Shown here in pieces: positions 21,344 to 30,483 of a stretch of DNA of 56,709 bases (position 1 is the stretch's first letter; each line of letters begins with the position of its first letter). The notes beneath the pieces are model-generated. The model was not told where the DNA came from and ran no database searches. It saw only the letters and a list, made by a program, of their open reading frames with translations. The DNA is taken from assembly GCA_046704565.1 (NCBI GenBank), contig JBJKRP010000148.1, positions 1 through 56,709 on the forward strand, in the 5' to 3' direction. Source of the stretch: Ignavibacteriaceae bacterium. Lineage in GTDB: Bacteria; Bacteroidota; Ignavibacteria; Ignavibacteriales; Ignavibacteriaceae. A program made the position numbers and the translations under genes.

Positions 21344-22378
21344 ATGAAAAAGATGAAAGCGCTTGTTAAAAAAAATGCCGAGCCAGGGCTATGGCTGGAA
21401 GAAGTGCCCGTGCCGGAAGTCGGAGTGAATGACGTTCTAATAAAAATCCACAAGACATCAATTTGCGGAACAGACATTCACATCTATAATTGGGATGACT
21501 GGGCAAAAAAAACCATCCCGGTGCCAATGGTCGTCGGACATGAATATGTTGGAACAGTCGAAGCAATCGGAAGCAACGTACAGGATGTAAAAATAGGAGA
21601 GTTAGTAAGCGGCGAAGGGCATATTGTATGCGGCTATTGCCGCAACTGCCGCGCAGGCAGAAGACACCTTTGCCCAAACACTAAAGGAGTTGGAGTTAAC
21701 AGACCCGGCTGCTTTGCAGAATACTTGAGCATCCCTGTTTCGAACGTATGGCACTGCGACCGCTCGATTCCCGAAGACATTTTTGCTATATTCGATCCAT
21801 TCGGCAATGCAACACACACGGCGCTTTCGTATGATGTTCTTGGCGAGGACGTTTTAATTACCGGCGCAGGACCAATCGGAATAATGGCTGCAGGAATTGT
21901 TAAACATGCAGGCGCCCGCTACGTAGTTATTACGGATATAAACCCCCGGAGACTTGAGCTTGCAAAAAAAATGGGGGTAACGCGTACAGTAGATGTAACA
22001 AAAGAAAAGCTTGCAGATGTTATGTACGAGCTTGGAATGAAGGAGGGATTTGATGTTGGTCTGGAAATGTCCGGCAATACAGAAGCATTAAAAAGCATGC
22101 TATCGGCAATGTGCCACGGCGGAAAAATTGCGCTGCTTGGAATTCTTCCTAATAATGCAGCGATTGATTGGGAAACCGTTGTATTCAACGGATTAACTTT
22201 GAAAGGAATATACGGAAGAGAAATGTTCGAAACTTGGTACAAAATGACTGTAATGATCCAGACTGGATTGGACATTTCGCCGATCATTACGAACCGGTTT
22301 CCATTTGAAAAATTCAAAGAAGGGTTTGAATTAATGAAATCCGGAAATTCAGGAAAAATTATATTAAAATGGATTTAA
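21344..22378 (+). CDS. tdh: L-threonine 3-dehydrogenase
   Basis: Zn-ADH fold with [12 protein letters not shown], a structural-Zn Cys cluster [15 protein letters not shown], and GAGPIG. It is adjacent to kbl. Confidence 0.93.
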   Translation: MKKMKALVKKNAEPGLWLEEVPVPEVGVNDVLIKIHKTSICGTDIHIYNWDDWAKKTIPVPMVVGHEYVGTVEAIGSNVQDVKIGELVSGEGHIVCGYCRNCRAGRRHLCPNTKGVGVNRPGCFAEYLSIPVSNVWHCDRSIPEDIFAIFDPFGNATHTALSYDVLGEDVLITGAGPIGIMAAGIVKHAGARYVVITDINPRRLELAKKMGVTRTVDVTKEKLADVMYELGMKEGFDVGLEMSGNTEALKSMLSAMCHGGKIALLGILPNNAAIDWETVVFNGLTLKGIYGREMFETWYKMTVMIQTGLDISPIITNRFPFEKFKEGFELMKSGNSGKIILKWI

Positions 22379-22474
22379 AATTTTAGTATTGCAGCTTCTC
22401 GTCTTAGCGGTAAAAAAAAAGACCGCTGAAACTACAAGCTGCTAAGAAACACAATTTCTAAGAAAGGAATACTT

Positions 22475-23659
22475 ATGAAAGAATCAATAAAAAAGTTTTA
22501 TACAAGTCAGCTTCAACAAATAGAAAGCGAAGGCTTATTTAAAGGTGAAAGAATTATTGCCGGTCCGCAGAGCGCAAGGATTAAAGTTAAAGACGGACAG
22601 CAAGTCTTAAATATGTGCGCCAATAATTATCTTGGTCTTGCCAATCACCCGGAGATAATAAAAGCCGCAAAAGAAAGCTATGATAAATGGGGCTACGGAC
22701 TTTCATCGGTACGCTTCATATGCGGTACCCAGGAAATACATAAAGAACTCGAAGAAAAAATTTCCGCTTTCCTCGAAACCGAAGACACAATTCTTTATAC
22801 CTCATGCTTTGATGCAAACGGCGGATTATTCGAGACAATCCTTTCCGAAGAAGATGCAGTAATCAGCGATGAATTAAACCATGCAAGCATCATAGACGGA
22901 GTTCGTCTTTGTAAAGCACAGCGCTACCGGTATAAAAACAGCGACATGAACGACCTCGAGGAAAAACTTAAAGAAGCCTCGAATGCAAGGATAAAACTGA
23001 TTGCCACCGACGGAGTATTTTCCATGGACGGTTTCATCGCAAAACTGAACGACATATGCAGCCTTGCGGATAAGTATAACGCACTGGTCATGGTCGATGA
23101 CTCGCATGCAGTCGGTTTTATGGGAAAGCGCGGCAAAGGCACACATGAATATAATGATGTGTTAGGAAAAGTTGATATAATAACAGGAACACTCGGTAAG
23201 GCGCTGGGCGGTGCAAGCGGCGGCTATACTACCGGAAGGAAAGAAATTATCGATATGCTTAGACAGCGATCGCGTCCATATCTGTTCTCCAATACCGTTG
23301 CTCCGAGTATTGTCTCAGCTTCGTTAAAAGTACTTGAACTTTTAAAATCATCAACGCAGCTAAGGGACAGGCTTGAAGAGAATACAAAATATTTCCGCGA
23401 AGGTATTACCAAGGCGGGCTTGACGATTAAACCAGGTGTTCATCCTATAGTCCCGATTATGATTGGCGACGCCTCACTTTCACAAAAGATGGCTGCACGT
23501 CTGCTTGAAAAAGGAGTTTATGTAATCGGCTTCTTCTACCCGGTAGTTCCGAAGGGAACTGCGAGAATAAGAGTTCAGGTTTCAGCGGCGCATTCAAAAG
23601 AAGATTTGGAATTTGCAATAGCTAAATTCAAAGAAGCGAAAGAAGAGTTCGGAATTTAA
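22475..23659 (+). CDS. kbl: Glycine C-acetyltransferase (2-amino-3-ketobutyrate CoA ligase)
   Basis: Alpha-oxoamine synthase family: [19 protein letters not shown], and the PLP-Lys context GTLGKALGG. Confidence 0.93.
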   Translation: MKESIKKFYTSQLQQIESEGLFKGERIIAGPQSARIKVKDGQQVLNMCANNYLGLANHPEIIKAAKESYDKWGYGLSSVRFICGTQEIHKELEEKISAFLETEDTILYTSCFDANGGLFETILSEEDAVISDELNHASIIDGVRLCKAQRYRYKNSDMNDLEEKLKEASNARIKLIATDGVFSMDGFIAKLNDICSLADKYNALVMVDDSHAVGFMGKRGKGTHEYNDVLGKVDIITGTLGKALGGASGGYTTGRKEIIDMLRQRSRPYLFSNTVAPSIVSASLKVLELLKSSTQLRDRLEENTKYFREGITKAGLTIKPGVHPIVPIMIGDASLSQKMAARLLEKGVYVIGFFYPVVPKGTARIRVQVSAAHSKEDLEFAIAKFKEAKEEFGI

Positions 23660-23685
23660 AACGCACTGGGAATTTCTTTTTTTCA

Positions 23686-25032
23686 TCACTGCCGCAGGTT
23701 ATATCTTTTTATCTTATTGTACAGGGTAACTCTGTCAATCTCCAGCACCTGAGCACTGCGCGAAATATTCCATTTGTTTTCATTCAGCACTTTGTAGATA
23801 TGCTTTCTCTCTATAGCGGAAAGGCTCATGTCGCCGTCATCTACTTCAAAATGAATTGAAGAAATTCGGATCGGCAAGTCTTCAACATTAATTTCATCAT
23901 ACCTTCCAACAACAACAGCACGCTCAATCGCATTCTCAAGTTCCCGTACATTGCCGGGCCAGTCGTAATTAACAAGAAACTCTGCGGCTTCCGCGGATAT
24001 ATCTCTTGCAGGTTTATTTAATCTATTCGAAAATTTTTTTATGAACGCCTTAGCCAGCAGAATTATATCTTCCCGCCTATCACGTAAAGGCGGAACCAAA
24101 ATTGAAAAAACCTTGAGCTTATAAAACAGATCCTCTCTGAACTTGCCTTCATTCATTAACTTTTCGAAATTTGAATTCGCAGCAGCTATCAATCTAAAGT
24201 TTGTGTTTACGGGTTCGCTTCCGCCAATACTTAAGAACTTATTTGTCTCGAGCACCTTTAATATCTCAACTTGAATCTTCGGCGAAATTGAATTTATCTC
24301 GTCAAGATATAGAGTACCGCCTTCTGCCAATTCAAAGCTGCCTTTCTTCCGCAGATGAACTCCTCTTTCCACGTCCGGTTCTTCTCCGAACAATTCCTGC
24401 TCAAGCATTGCTTCGGTCAAGGCTCCGCATTTTACTGAAATAAACGGAAAATATTTCCTGCTGCTGTTGGTATGAATTACTTTTGCCAGCAGCTCTTTTC
24501 CCGTGCCGCTTTCTCCAAGTATCAGTGTCGAGGCATCCGTTGCGGAAATTGTACTTATCGTCTCAAACAATATTTTCATTTGCATATTTTCTCCGATAAG
24601 TAAATCCGGCTTTGAAATGCTTGCGATATTTTCTTTCAAGGACCTGTTCTCAATCTGAAGCTTTCTTTTGTCAATTGCCTTCTCAACAAGGATAGTCAGC
24701 TCATCCGGGTCTACCGGTTTAGTGACATAATCATAGGCGCCTTCCTTTAAAGCTGCAATGGCTGTAGGAACGGATGCAAAAGCAGTAATCATAATAACTA
24801 TTGAATCTTGATCCAATGCTTTAATTTCTTCTAATAACTGCAGTCCGCTTATTCCGGGCAATTTTAAGTCAACCAATACAACATCATATTTTTGCTTTTG
24901 AAATTTTTCCAAGCCGGATTCGCCGTCCCCGGCAATTTCAACAAGATAGCCTTCGTTCTCGAACCAGTTAAATAAAGATTCCCGAATAATCTTTTCGTCA
25001 TCAACAACCAATATTCTCTCTCTTTTATTCAT
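23686..25032 (-). CDS. NtrC-family response regulator (REC + AAA+ + Fis-type HTH) lacking the GAFTGA loop
   Basis: REC domain (DDE...VDLKLPG...KP), Walker A GESGTGKE, Walker B LYLDEI, GNVRELEN, and C-terminal HTH ISRSAQVLEIDRVTLYNKI. Where GAFTGA is expected the sequence reads ELFGEEPDVERGVH. Confidence 0.85.
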   Translation of the reverse strand: MNKRERILVVDDEKIIRESLFNWFENEGYLVEIAGDGESGLEKFQKQKYDVVLVDLKLPGISGLQLLEEIKALDQDSIVIMITAFASVPTAIAALKEGAYDYVTKPVDPDELTILVEKAIDKRKLQIENRSLKENIASISKPDLLIGENMQMKILFETISTISATDASTLILGESGTGKELLAKVIHTNSSRKYFPFISVKCGALTEAMLEQELFGEEPDVERGVHLRKKGSFELAEGGTLYLDEINSISPKIQVEILKVLETNKFLSIGGSEPVNTNFRLIAAANSNFEKLMNEGKFREDLFYKLKVFSILVPPLRDRREDIILLAKAFIKKFSNRLNKPARDISAEAAEFLVNYDWPGNVRELENAIERAVVVGRYDEINVEDLPIRISSIHFEVDDGDMSLSAIERKHIYKVLNENKWNISRSAQVLEIDRVTLYNKIKRYNLRQ

Positions 25033-25724
25033 TTCAATTCTTTCCCAATTTATTAAAAGAATGTTAAGATTTTATAGCCGGCTTTTATGATTGGAAATGT
25101 ACTAATAGAACCGGCAGCAAAGATTTTTTCGTAGTACACTTTAAAATAAAGGGTCATCACGATTTTAATTAAACGGTATTCATCTTTCTGAGCCCAGGAA
25201 TGCATTTTCGAAAAGTGAATTTCGGATGAAAAATATTTCATTATATCTAACGAGTTCCCAGCCATTAAAAGCCCCTTTCAAACCTTCCAAAATTATCTGA
25301 AGTCATTAATACAAACTGCGAGCCAATTCATTCTTAGATATCTCTCGCTCCCATAGTTATTCTTAAATAGGTAGGCAGTTTTTCTGCAATTTCAAGACAT
25401 AAGGGTTAGAATTTGTGGGAATATAGTTAATAGGTTTACAATTTTTTCTGATTACCAAAGAATTGTTTGCCTCTGGCAATTATTGGCAAACATTCAATAT
25501 CCCGATTATAAAATCAAAAAATTCTTGAACACAAGGAATCTACAAGCCACAAACTGCCGGTTTTGTTTCTCACTAACAGCAAACTTTTTTTACCTGTATT
25601 GCCACGGATGAGAAAGATTAATTCACTTATCCATACAAAAAATTTTAATTTCATTAAAAAGTGAGAGAGGCTAATTGAAAGTCTCTATAGAAATAAATCA
25701 GCCGTGTAATCGCATTAAAAACTA

Positions 25725-26264
25725 TTAGCTGCAGAAATATTTGTAGGCTTCAACATGATCGGCGCAACTTCGGCAGTAACCGTTTCCTTTTATATCCACT
25801 TCTTCAATACCGGGAGAAGAATGCATTACACAATCCCAATCAGTACAATGACGAAGACCGAAGTTATGACCGAGTTCATGCAGTATTTCTTTCATCGTTC
25901 TTTCCAAAAGCAGATTGTTGTTAGATTTACCGGAATAAAATTCTTCGTGCAGCCTGCATACAGAGACTATAGAATGCTTTCCGTCGAGCTGAGCCTCGCC
26001 GAAAACAAATGTAAGCACGGGGACAAAAATATCTACGTCGGTTATTAAAATTATTTTGCCGTCTACGTTATTCGTTAGCTCCATTGCCCTGGCAATTACG
26101 CCGGTAGAATAGTATTGCCCCCTTTCTTTAGAAAGGAAATTTTCAAGCTCCAGGTTCAATTCTAATAATTGCACCTGAGAGGTAAACATTTTAGATAGAT
26201 TAACTAAAATGTTTTTGAGCAGCCAGGCGTTCGAAAATCTTACCGGAACAATAAAGATGTTCAT
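25725..26264 (-). CDS. Archaemetzincin-type zinc metalloprotease (peptidase M54-like)
   Basis: HELGHNFGLRHCTDWDCVMH...CRSC matches HExxHxxGxxxCxxxxCxM...CxxC. The start codon overlaps the upstream regulator's stop by 1 nt (TGATG). Confidence 0.7.
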   Translation of the reverse strand: MNIFIVPVRFSNAWLLKNILVNLSKMFTSQVQLLELNLELENFLSKERGQYYSTGVIARAMELTNNVDGKIILITDVDIFVPVLTFVFGEAQLDGKHSIVSVCRLHEEFYSGKSNNNLLLERTMKEILHELGHNFGLRHCTDWDCVMHSSPGIEEVDIKGNGYCRSCADHVEAYKYFCS

Positions 26265-27619
26265 CAGTCGGCATTTTTTTGAAGGTTATATTTATTGATT
26301 TTATTATAGAGAGTAACACGGTCAATTTCCAACACCTGAGCGCTGCGCGAAATGTTCCAATTATTTTCGTTCAGTATTTTGTTGATGTATCTCTTTTCCA
26401 TAGCAGCAAGGCTTTTGCACTCCTCATCAAAGTATAAGTTGTTTAACGAAACATGGAACGGCAAATCTTCAACAAGGATAGAGTCCGTCTTTCCAACGAC
26501 CATTGCTCTCTCAACAGCATTTTCAAGCTCGCGAACATTGCCCCGCCAATCATAATTAATTAAGAAATCCATAGCCTCCTTTGAAACACCTTTTACCGAC
26601 TTGTTCATCATTAATGAAAATTTATTGATAAAGAAATTTACCAGCAGCGGTATGTCATCTCGCCTTTCGCGCAGCGGAGGTATAATAATAGAAAAAACAT
26701 TCAGCCGGTAATATAGGTCTTCCCTAAACTTTCCTGCTTTCACGAGCTCTTCAAGAGGTTCGTTGGTCGCAATAATAACTCTGAAGTCGCTTTTAATAAG
26801 TTCGTTGCCGCCTACCCGGTTAAATTGCTTTGTTTCTATCACACGCAGCAGCTCTATCTGCATTTTGATTGAGATAGAACCGATCTCATCAAGAAAAATA
26901 GTCCCGCCGTCTGCAAGCTCAAACTTGCCTTTGCGCCTGAACTGCGCACCCGTAAATGCGCCCTTCTCATGACCGAACAGCTCGCTCTCAAGAATTGTTT
27001 CTGCTAAAGCCCCACAGTTAACCGGGATTATCGGAAAATATTTTCTCTTACTGTTAATGTGGATTGCCTTTGCTACAAGCTCTTTACCGGTTCCACTCTC
27101 GCCTCTTATCATTACAGTAGTGTCTGTCGGCGCAACAGTTTGAATAAGATCATAAATTTTCTTCATCTGGTAGCTCTCGCCGATCAAATTGTCCGGTCTG
27201 ATGATCTCGTCGATGCTTTCCTTCAAGTGAATATTTTCAATCTTCAGCGCTCTCTGCTCAAGAGCCTTTTTTACCAGGTGAGCAAGCTCGTCCGGGTCGA
27301 CCGGCTTGGTAACATAATCATAGGCGCCGTTTTTAAGAGCAGCTATTGCAGTCGGAACGGATGCGAAAGCGGTAATAAGAATTATCACCGAGTCTTTATC
27401 GATTGATTTAATCCTGTTCAATAGTTCAATACCGCTCATCCCGGGCATTTTCATGTCAACCAGGAGAAGATCAAATTTAGTCTCTTCATATTTCTGCAGA
27501 GCTATTTCTCCATCCCCGGCAGTATCAACATCGTATCCTTCTTCTTCGAACCAGTGGAAGAGAGATTCTCTTACGATCTTTTCATCATCCACAATTAATA
27601 TTTTTTCCTTTTTATCCAT
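26264..27619 (-). CDS. Sigma-54-dependent response regulator (NtrC family)
   Basis: REC domain, GESGTGKE, an intact ELFGHEKGAFTGAQ, GNVRELEN, and HTH ISRSAQVLEIDRVTLYNKI. Confidence 0.9.
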   Translation of the reverse strand: MDKKEKILIVDDEKIVRESLFHWFEEEGYDVDTAGDGEIALQKYEETKFDLLLVDMKMPGMSGIELLNRIKSIDKDSVIILITAFASVPTAIAALKNGAYDYVTKPVDPDELAHLVKKALEQRALKIENIHLKESIDEIIRPDNLIGESYQMKKIYDLIQTVAPTDTTVMIRGESGTGKELVAKAIHINSKRKYFPIIPVNCGALAETILESELFGHEKGAFTGAQFRRKGKFELADGGTIFLDEIGSISIKMQIELLRVIETKQFNRVGGNELIKSDFRVIIATNEPLEELVKAGKFREDLYYRLNVFSIIIPPLRERRDDIPLLVNFFINKFSLMMNKSVKGVSKEAMDFLINYDWRGNVRELENAVERAMVVGKTDSILVEDLPFHVSLNNLYFDEECKSLAAMEKRYINKILNENNWNISRSAQVLEIDRVTLYNKINKYNLQKNAD

Positions 27620-27627
27620 TTAATTAC

Positions 27628-29220
27628 CTAAGAAATATTCTCGTTTGCAGGCAAGATCAATCTGAATGTCGTTCCTTTAAGCGAAGTCTTTTCAACCTCT
27701 ATTGAGCCGTTGTGGTTTGTAACAATTCCGTAAACTACCGCCAGCCCAAGACCGGTTCCCTTTGAAGCTTCCTTAGTGGAATAGAACGGCTCGAAAATAT
27801 GCGGAAGGTCTTTGTTCGAAATGCCTGTCCCCTCGTCAATTATCCTGATAACCGCAGCATTATTTTCCCAGGCAAGTCGAACAACTATCTTACCTCCTTG
27901 CGGCATTGCTTCAATCGCATTAATTAGCAGGGACATTAAAGCCTGTTGAACTTTCTGTGCGCTGCAGTTAATCTCAATTGTCTCAACAGGATATTCCTTC
28001 TCAATTGCAACGTGATAGATTTCAAGATGGTGCTGTATTACCGTTATGCTCTTGTCTATTATCCTGGTAAGATTCTCCCTTGAAAACTCATCTCTTTCTT
28101 CATGAGAGAACAGCAGCAGGTCTTTTACTATTTTCCCGCAGCGCGAGGATTCGCCTGAAATCAGCTCAAGATATTCTATTAATCTCGAATACTCCGAATC
28201 TCTCTGCATCGATTGAAGCTTCCTGGTAATCAGCTTGCTGTAAGTCAAAATACCTTCCAGCGGATTGTTAAGCTCGTGTGCAACTGTTGCTGACAGCTTT
28301 CCTAGCGATGCAAGCTTTTCAATCTGATTTACCTGGTTATAAATATTTTTTAGCTCTTCCGTCTTTTCATTCACCTTATCATTTAAGGTCTCGGACCAAT
28401 TTTTAATTTCCTTGTATGCATCATCAAGTTTTACAGACATATCATTAAATCTATGCGCAAGCTGTCCGAGTTCATTTTGGGTATCGAGATCAATTTTATA
28501 TGAAAGATTCCCCTTGCTGATTTCTTCAATCCCTTTGGTAAATTTTTTAATCGGTCTATTGACAAGTACAGTAATGAATAGTCCGCAGAAGAAAGAAATT
28601 ACAAGGGTAATCAATAATGCATTTAGAATAATTTCCCTGGTATTCTTCGCTATAATCGCATCAAGCTTGTCCAGCCCTACCACAACATCAAGTACACCAA
28701 GTATTTGAACATTGGGTGAATGCGCATGGCAGGCGGCATTGTAGCAGTCAGGCTCATTCTGGATCGGATTAATTAGACCGAGCACTCTTTTGTTTTCAGG
28801 ATTCCTGTAAATACGGATTTTGTTTTGATTGTTTAAGCTGTTTAAAGGCACATTACTATTGTGGCAAACAATGCATGCCTCGGCTGACATGTCTACCTTT
28901 TTCATTATTTCTGCAGTATCAGTCGAGAATATTATCATCCCCTGCTTATTGTAAATTCTGATATTATTAACACCCATCTCGGTTCCGAGTGTCTTAATAA
29001 TTTCATGTACGTCTTCACGGCGGTTCAGGAGCATGCTGTAACGCGTCGACTTCTTAATCAAGTCGCTGATATTGTATGCACTTTCAAGACGTGATTCGGT
29101 TAAATATCCGTCAAGATTCCTCACGATAAAATATGTGTACGCGGCAAGAATGCTGAAGAGTATCAGAGAGATGGAAACTATAAGTCTTACACTTAATTTA
29201 TTTATCAACTTAGTTGTCAT
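27628..29220 (-). CDS. Sensor histidine kinase with periplasmic c-type heme-binding motifs, HAMP domain
   Basis: TM1, then a periplasmic domain with CIVCH (CxxCH) and CYNAACH (Cx4CH), then TM2 and a HAMP domain. Kinase motifs are H-box VAHELNNPL, N-box LLINAIEA, DEGTGI and GTGLGLA. Confidence 0.85.
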   Translation of the reverse strand: MTTKLINKLSVRLIVSISLILFSILAAYTYFIVRNLDGYLTESRLESAYNISDLIKKSTRYSMLLNRREDVHEIIKTLGTEMGVNNIRIYNKQGMIIFSTDTAEIMKKVDMSAEACIVCHNSNVPLNSLNNQNKIRIYRNPENKRVLGLINPIQNEPDCYNAACHAHSPNVQILGVLDVVVGLDKLDAIIAKNTREIILNALLITLVISFFCGLFITVLVNRPIKKFTKGIEEISKGNLSYKIDLDTQNELGQLAHRFNDMSVKLDDAYKEIKNWSETLNDKVNEKTEELKNIYNQVNQIEKLASLGKLSATVAHELNNPLEGILTYSKLITRKLQSMQRDSEYSRLIEYLELISGESSRCGKIVKDLLLFSHEERDEFSRENLTRIIDKSITVIQHHLEIYHVAIEKEYPVETIEINCSAQKVQQALMSLLINAIEAMPQGGKIVVRLAWENNAAVIRIIDEGTGISNKDLPHIFEPFYSTKEASKGTGLGLAVVYGIVTNHNGSIEVEKTSLKGTTFRLILPANENIS

Positions 29221-29318
29221 AAAAGCCCTATTCCCTTGCCGTAAAATTAGGAAGAACTTTTTCTACTTCCAACTTTATGACGATCAGACCTAAAAGCACA
29301 AAGATTAAGCAAAGTCTT

Positions 29319-30044
29319 TTAGCTGATTAGAGCTTGAAGTATGCCGACGTATTTTTCCCGCCCAACAAGTTGATGTAAATATTTAACTTGATCGCCTCCG
29401 TCAAGCATAGTAAGCCCGACTTCCGGATAGTTTGATTTAATCTCTTCGACAATCCCAAATGATTTTTTCTGTAGCACCTGCCATTCGCTATGTTCTATCC
29501 TCCCGGCAGAAACTTCCTGCTCAATAGCACCGATTATAGCTATCCATTTTGACTTTGCAAGATCATCGGCTGGATTATTAACCTTATCGTAGATGGAAAA
29601 GTTCATCGGTGCGGTTAAGGAGCTTGTTCCCCACTCACCGAAGAACTGAACGACGGGCTGCCCGCTTAAGATGCTTCTGCTTTGACTAAAATCCATAATT
29701 ATTCCGACATGATCGAGGAATGAAATGAAGAGAGGATTAACCCCGAGATAATAAGTATTTGGCAAAACCTGTTTGATAATAAAACAATGCTTTAAGTAAA
29801 TAAATTTTTCATCATACTTAATTGATTTCAGTCTTCTTTCAACTAAGTTGACGGCGCTCAGGATGTTATTTGTCTGCATCTCATTCTCGCCGTAGTTTCT
29901 CATTACTTTATCGAACCGGCAATTTTCACAGTCAAACTTTTTATCGCACAGCTTGTATTCAATAACATTAGACGCCATCCATATGCACTTCAGCAAGCCG
30001 TAAGAGTTATCGGAATAAAAATTATCTTCGTTCATTTTACTCAC
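29319..30044 (-). CDS. Cys-rich N-terminal domain fused to a GcvH-like (lipoyl-fold) domain, no lipoyl lysine
   Basis: N-terminal C-x12-C-x5-C-x2-C motif (CIWMASNVIEYKLCDKKFDCENC). The C-terminal half aligns by eye to GcvH (LGVNPLF..., SGQPVVQFFGEWGTSSLTAPMNF, KWIAII), with Trp at the lipoyl-Lys position. Confidence 0.5.
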   Translation of the reverse strand: MSKMNEDNFYSDNSYGLLKCIWMASNVIEYKLCDKKFDCENCRFDKVMRNYGENEMQTNNILSAVNLVERRLKSIKYDEKFIYLKHCFIIKQVLPNTYYLGVNPLFISFLDHVGIIMDFSQSRSILSGQPVVQFFGEWGTSSLTAPMNFSIYDKVNNPADDLAKSKWIAIIGAIEQEVSAGRIEHSEWQVLQKKSFGIVEEIKSNYPEVGLTMLDGGDQVKYLHQLVGREKYVGILQALIS

Positions 30045-30210
30045 TTAAAATTAATCGTTTAGATTTTGCCTTACTATTTCTTTTTTGTCTTTGAAAGAAG
30101 AAAGCCCCCATTAAGATCTCAAGATATATTTGGCATCAATTATTGCAGAAGATATAAAAGCATTGCTACGGAAATTACAGCCATTATTTTTCTTTGATTC
30201 GAAAATTATT

Positions 30211-30483
30211 TTATTCGCTTTGATTTTGTTTCTTATTAGTCTCAGCAGTTTTTTCATCTGTAATATCAATCCCGGAGCTTTTATTCACCTCTTTGTTTTC
30301 TTTCGATTTACCGCCGTCATACATTGTGGCTCCTACGAGACTAATGATAGGCTCTGTATTACTTGTTGAAATTTTTTCCATACGCTTACCCTTTGACTTT
30401 AACGCCATCGGATTAATTATAAGTTGAACGAAAAGGTCAACTGCAGCAAAGACAAGGATTAGAACTAATATAAACGTAAGCAT
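30211..30483 (-). CDS. Small single-pass membrane protein, hypothetical
   Basis: The ATG follows AAGGAA. The N-terminal TM helix is MLTFILVLILVFAAVDLFVQLI, followed by a charged tail. It competes with an antisense ORF at 30130-30369. Confidence 0.35.
   Translation of the reverse strand: MLTFILVLILVFAAVDLFVQLIINPMALKSKGKRMEKISTSNTEPIISLVGATMYDGGKSKENKEVNKSSGIDITDEKTAETNKKQNQSE

Noticed and set aside
25053-25265. 70-aa minus-strand ORF directly upstream of the GAFTGA-less regulator.
   Set aside because: It has no RBS and no recognisable motif, and its composition is odd and aromatic-rich. I treat it as non-coding within the long gap.
30131-30147. TGGCATCAATTATTGCA on the plus strand, resembling a -24/-12 promoter.
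   Set aside because: The spacer is one nt too long. It would fire into a region antisense to the small membrane-protein ORF and 940 nt from the next plus-strand gene. I mention it under the intergenic-region finding only as a near miss.
30130-30369. 79-aa plus-strand ORF overlapping the small membrane-protein gene.
   Set aside because: I favoured the minus-strand ORF, which has an AAGGAA RBS and a clean TM helix and sits in operon orientation with the downstream genes. Neither ORF is certain.
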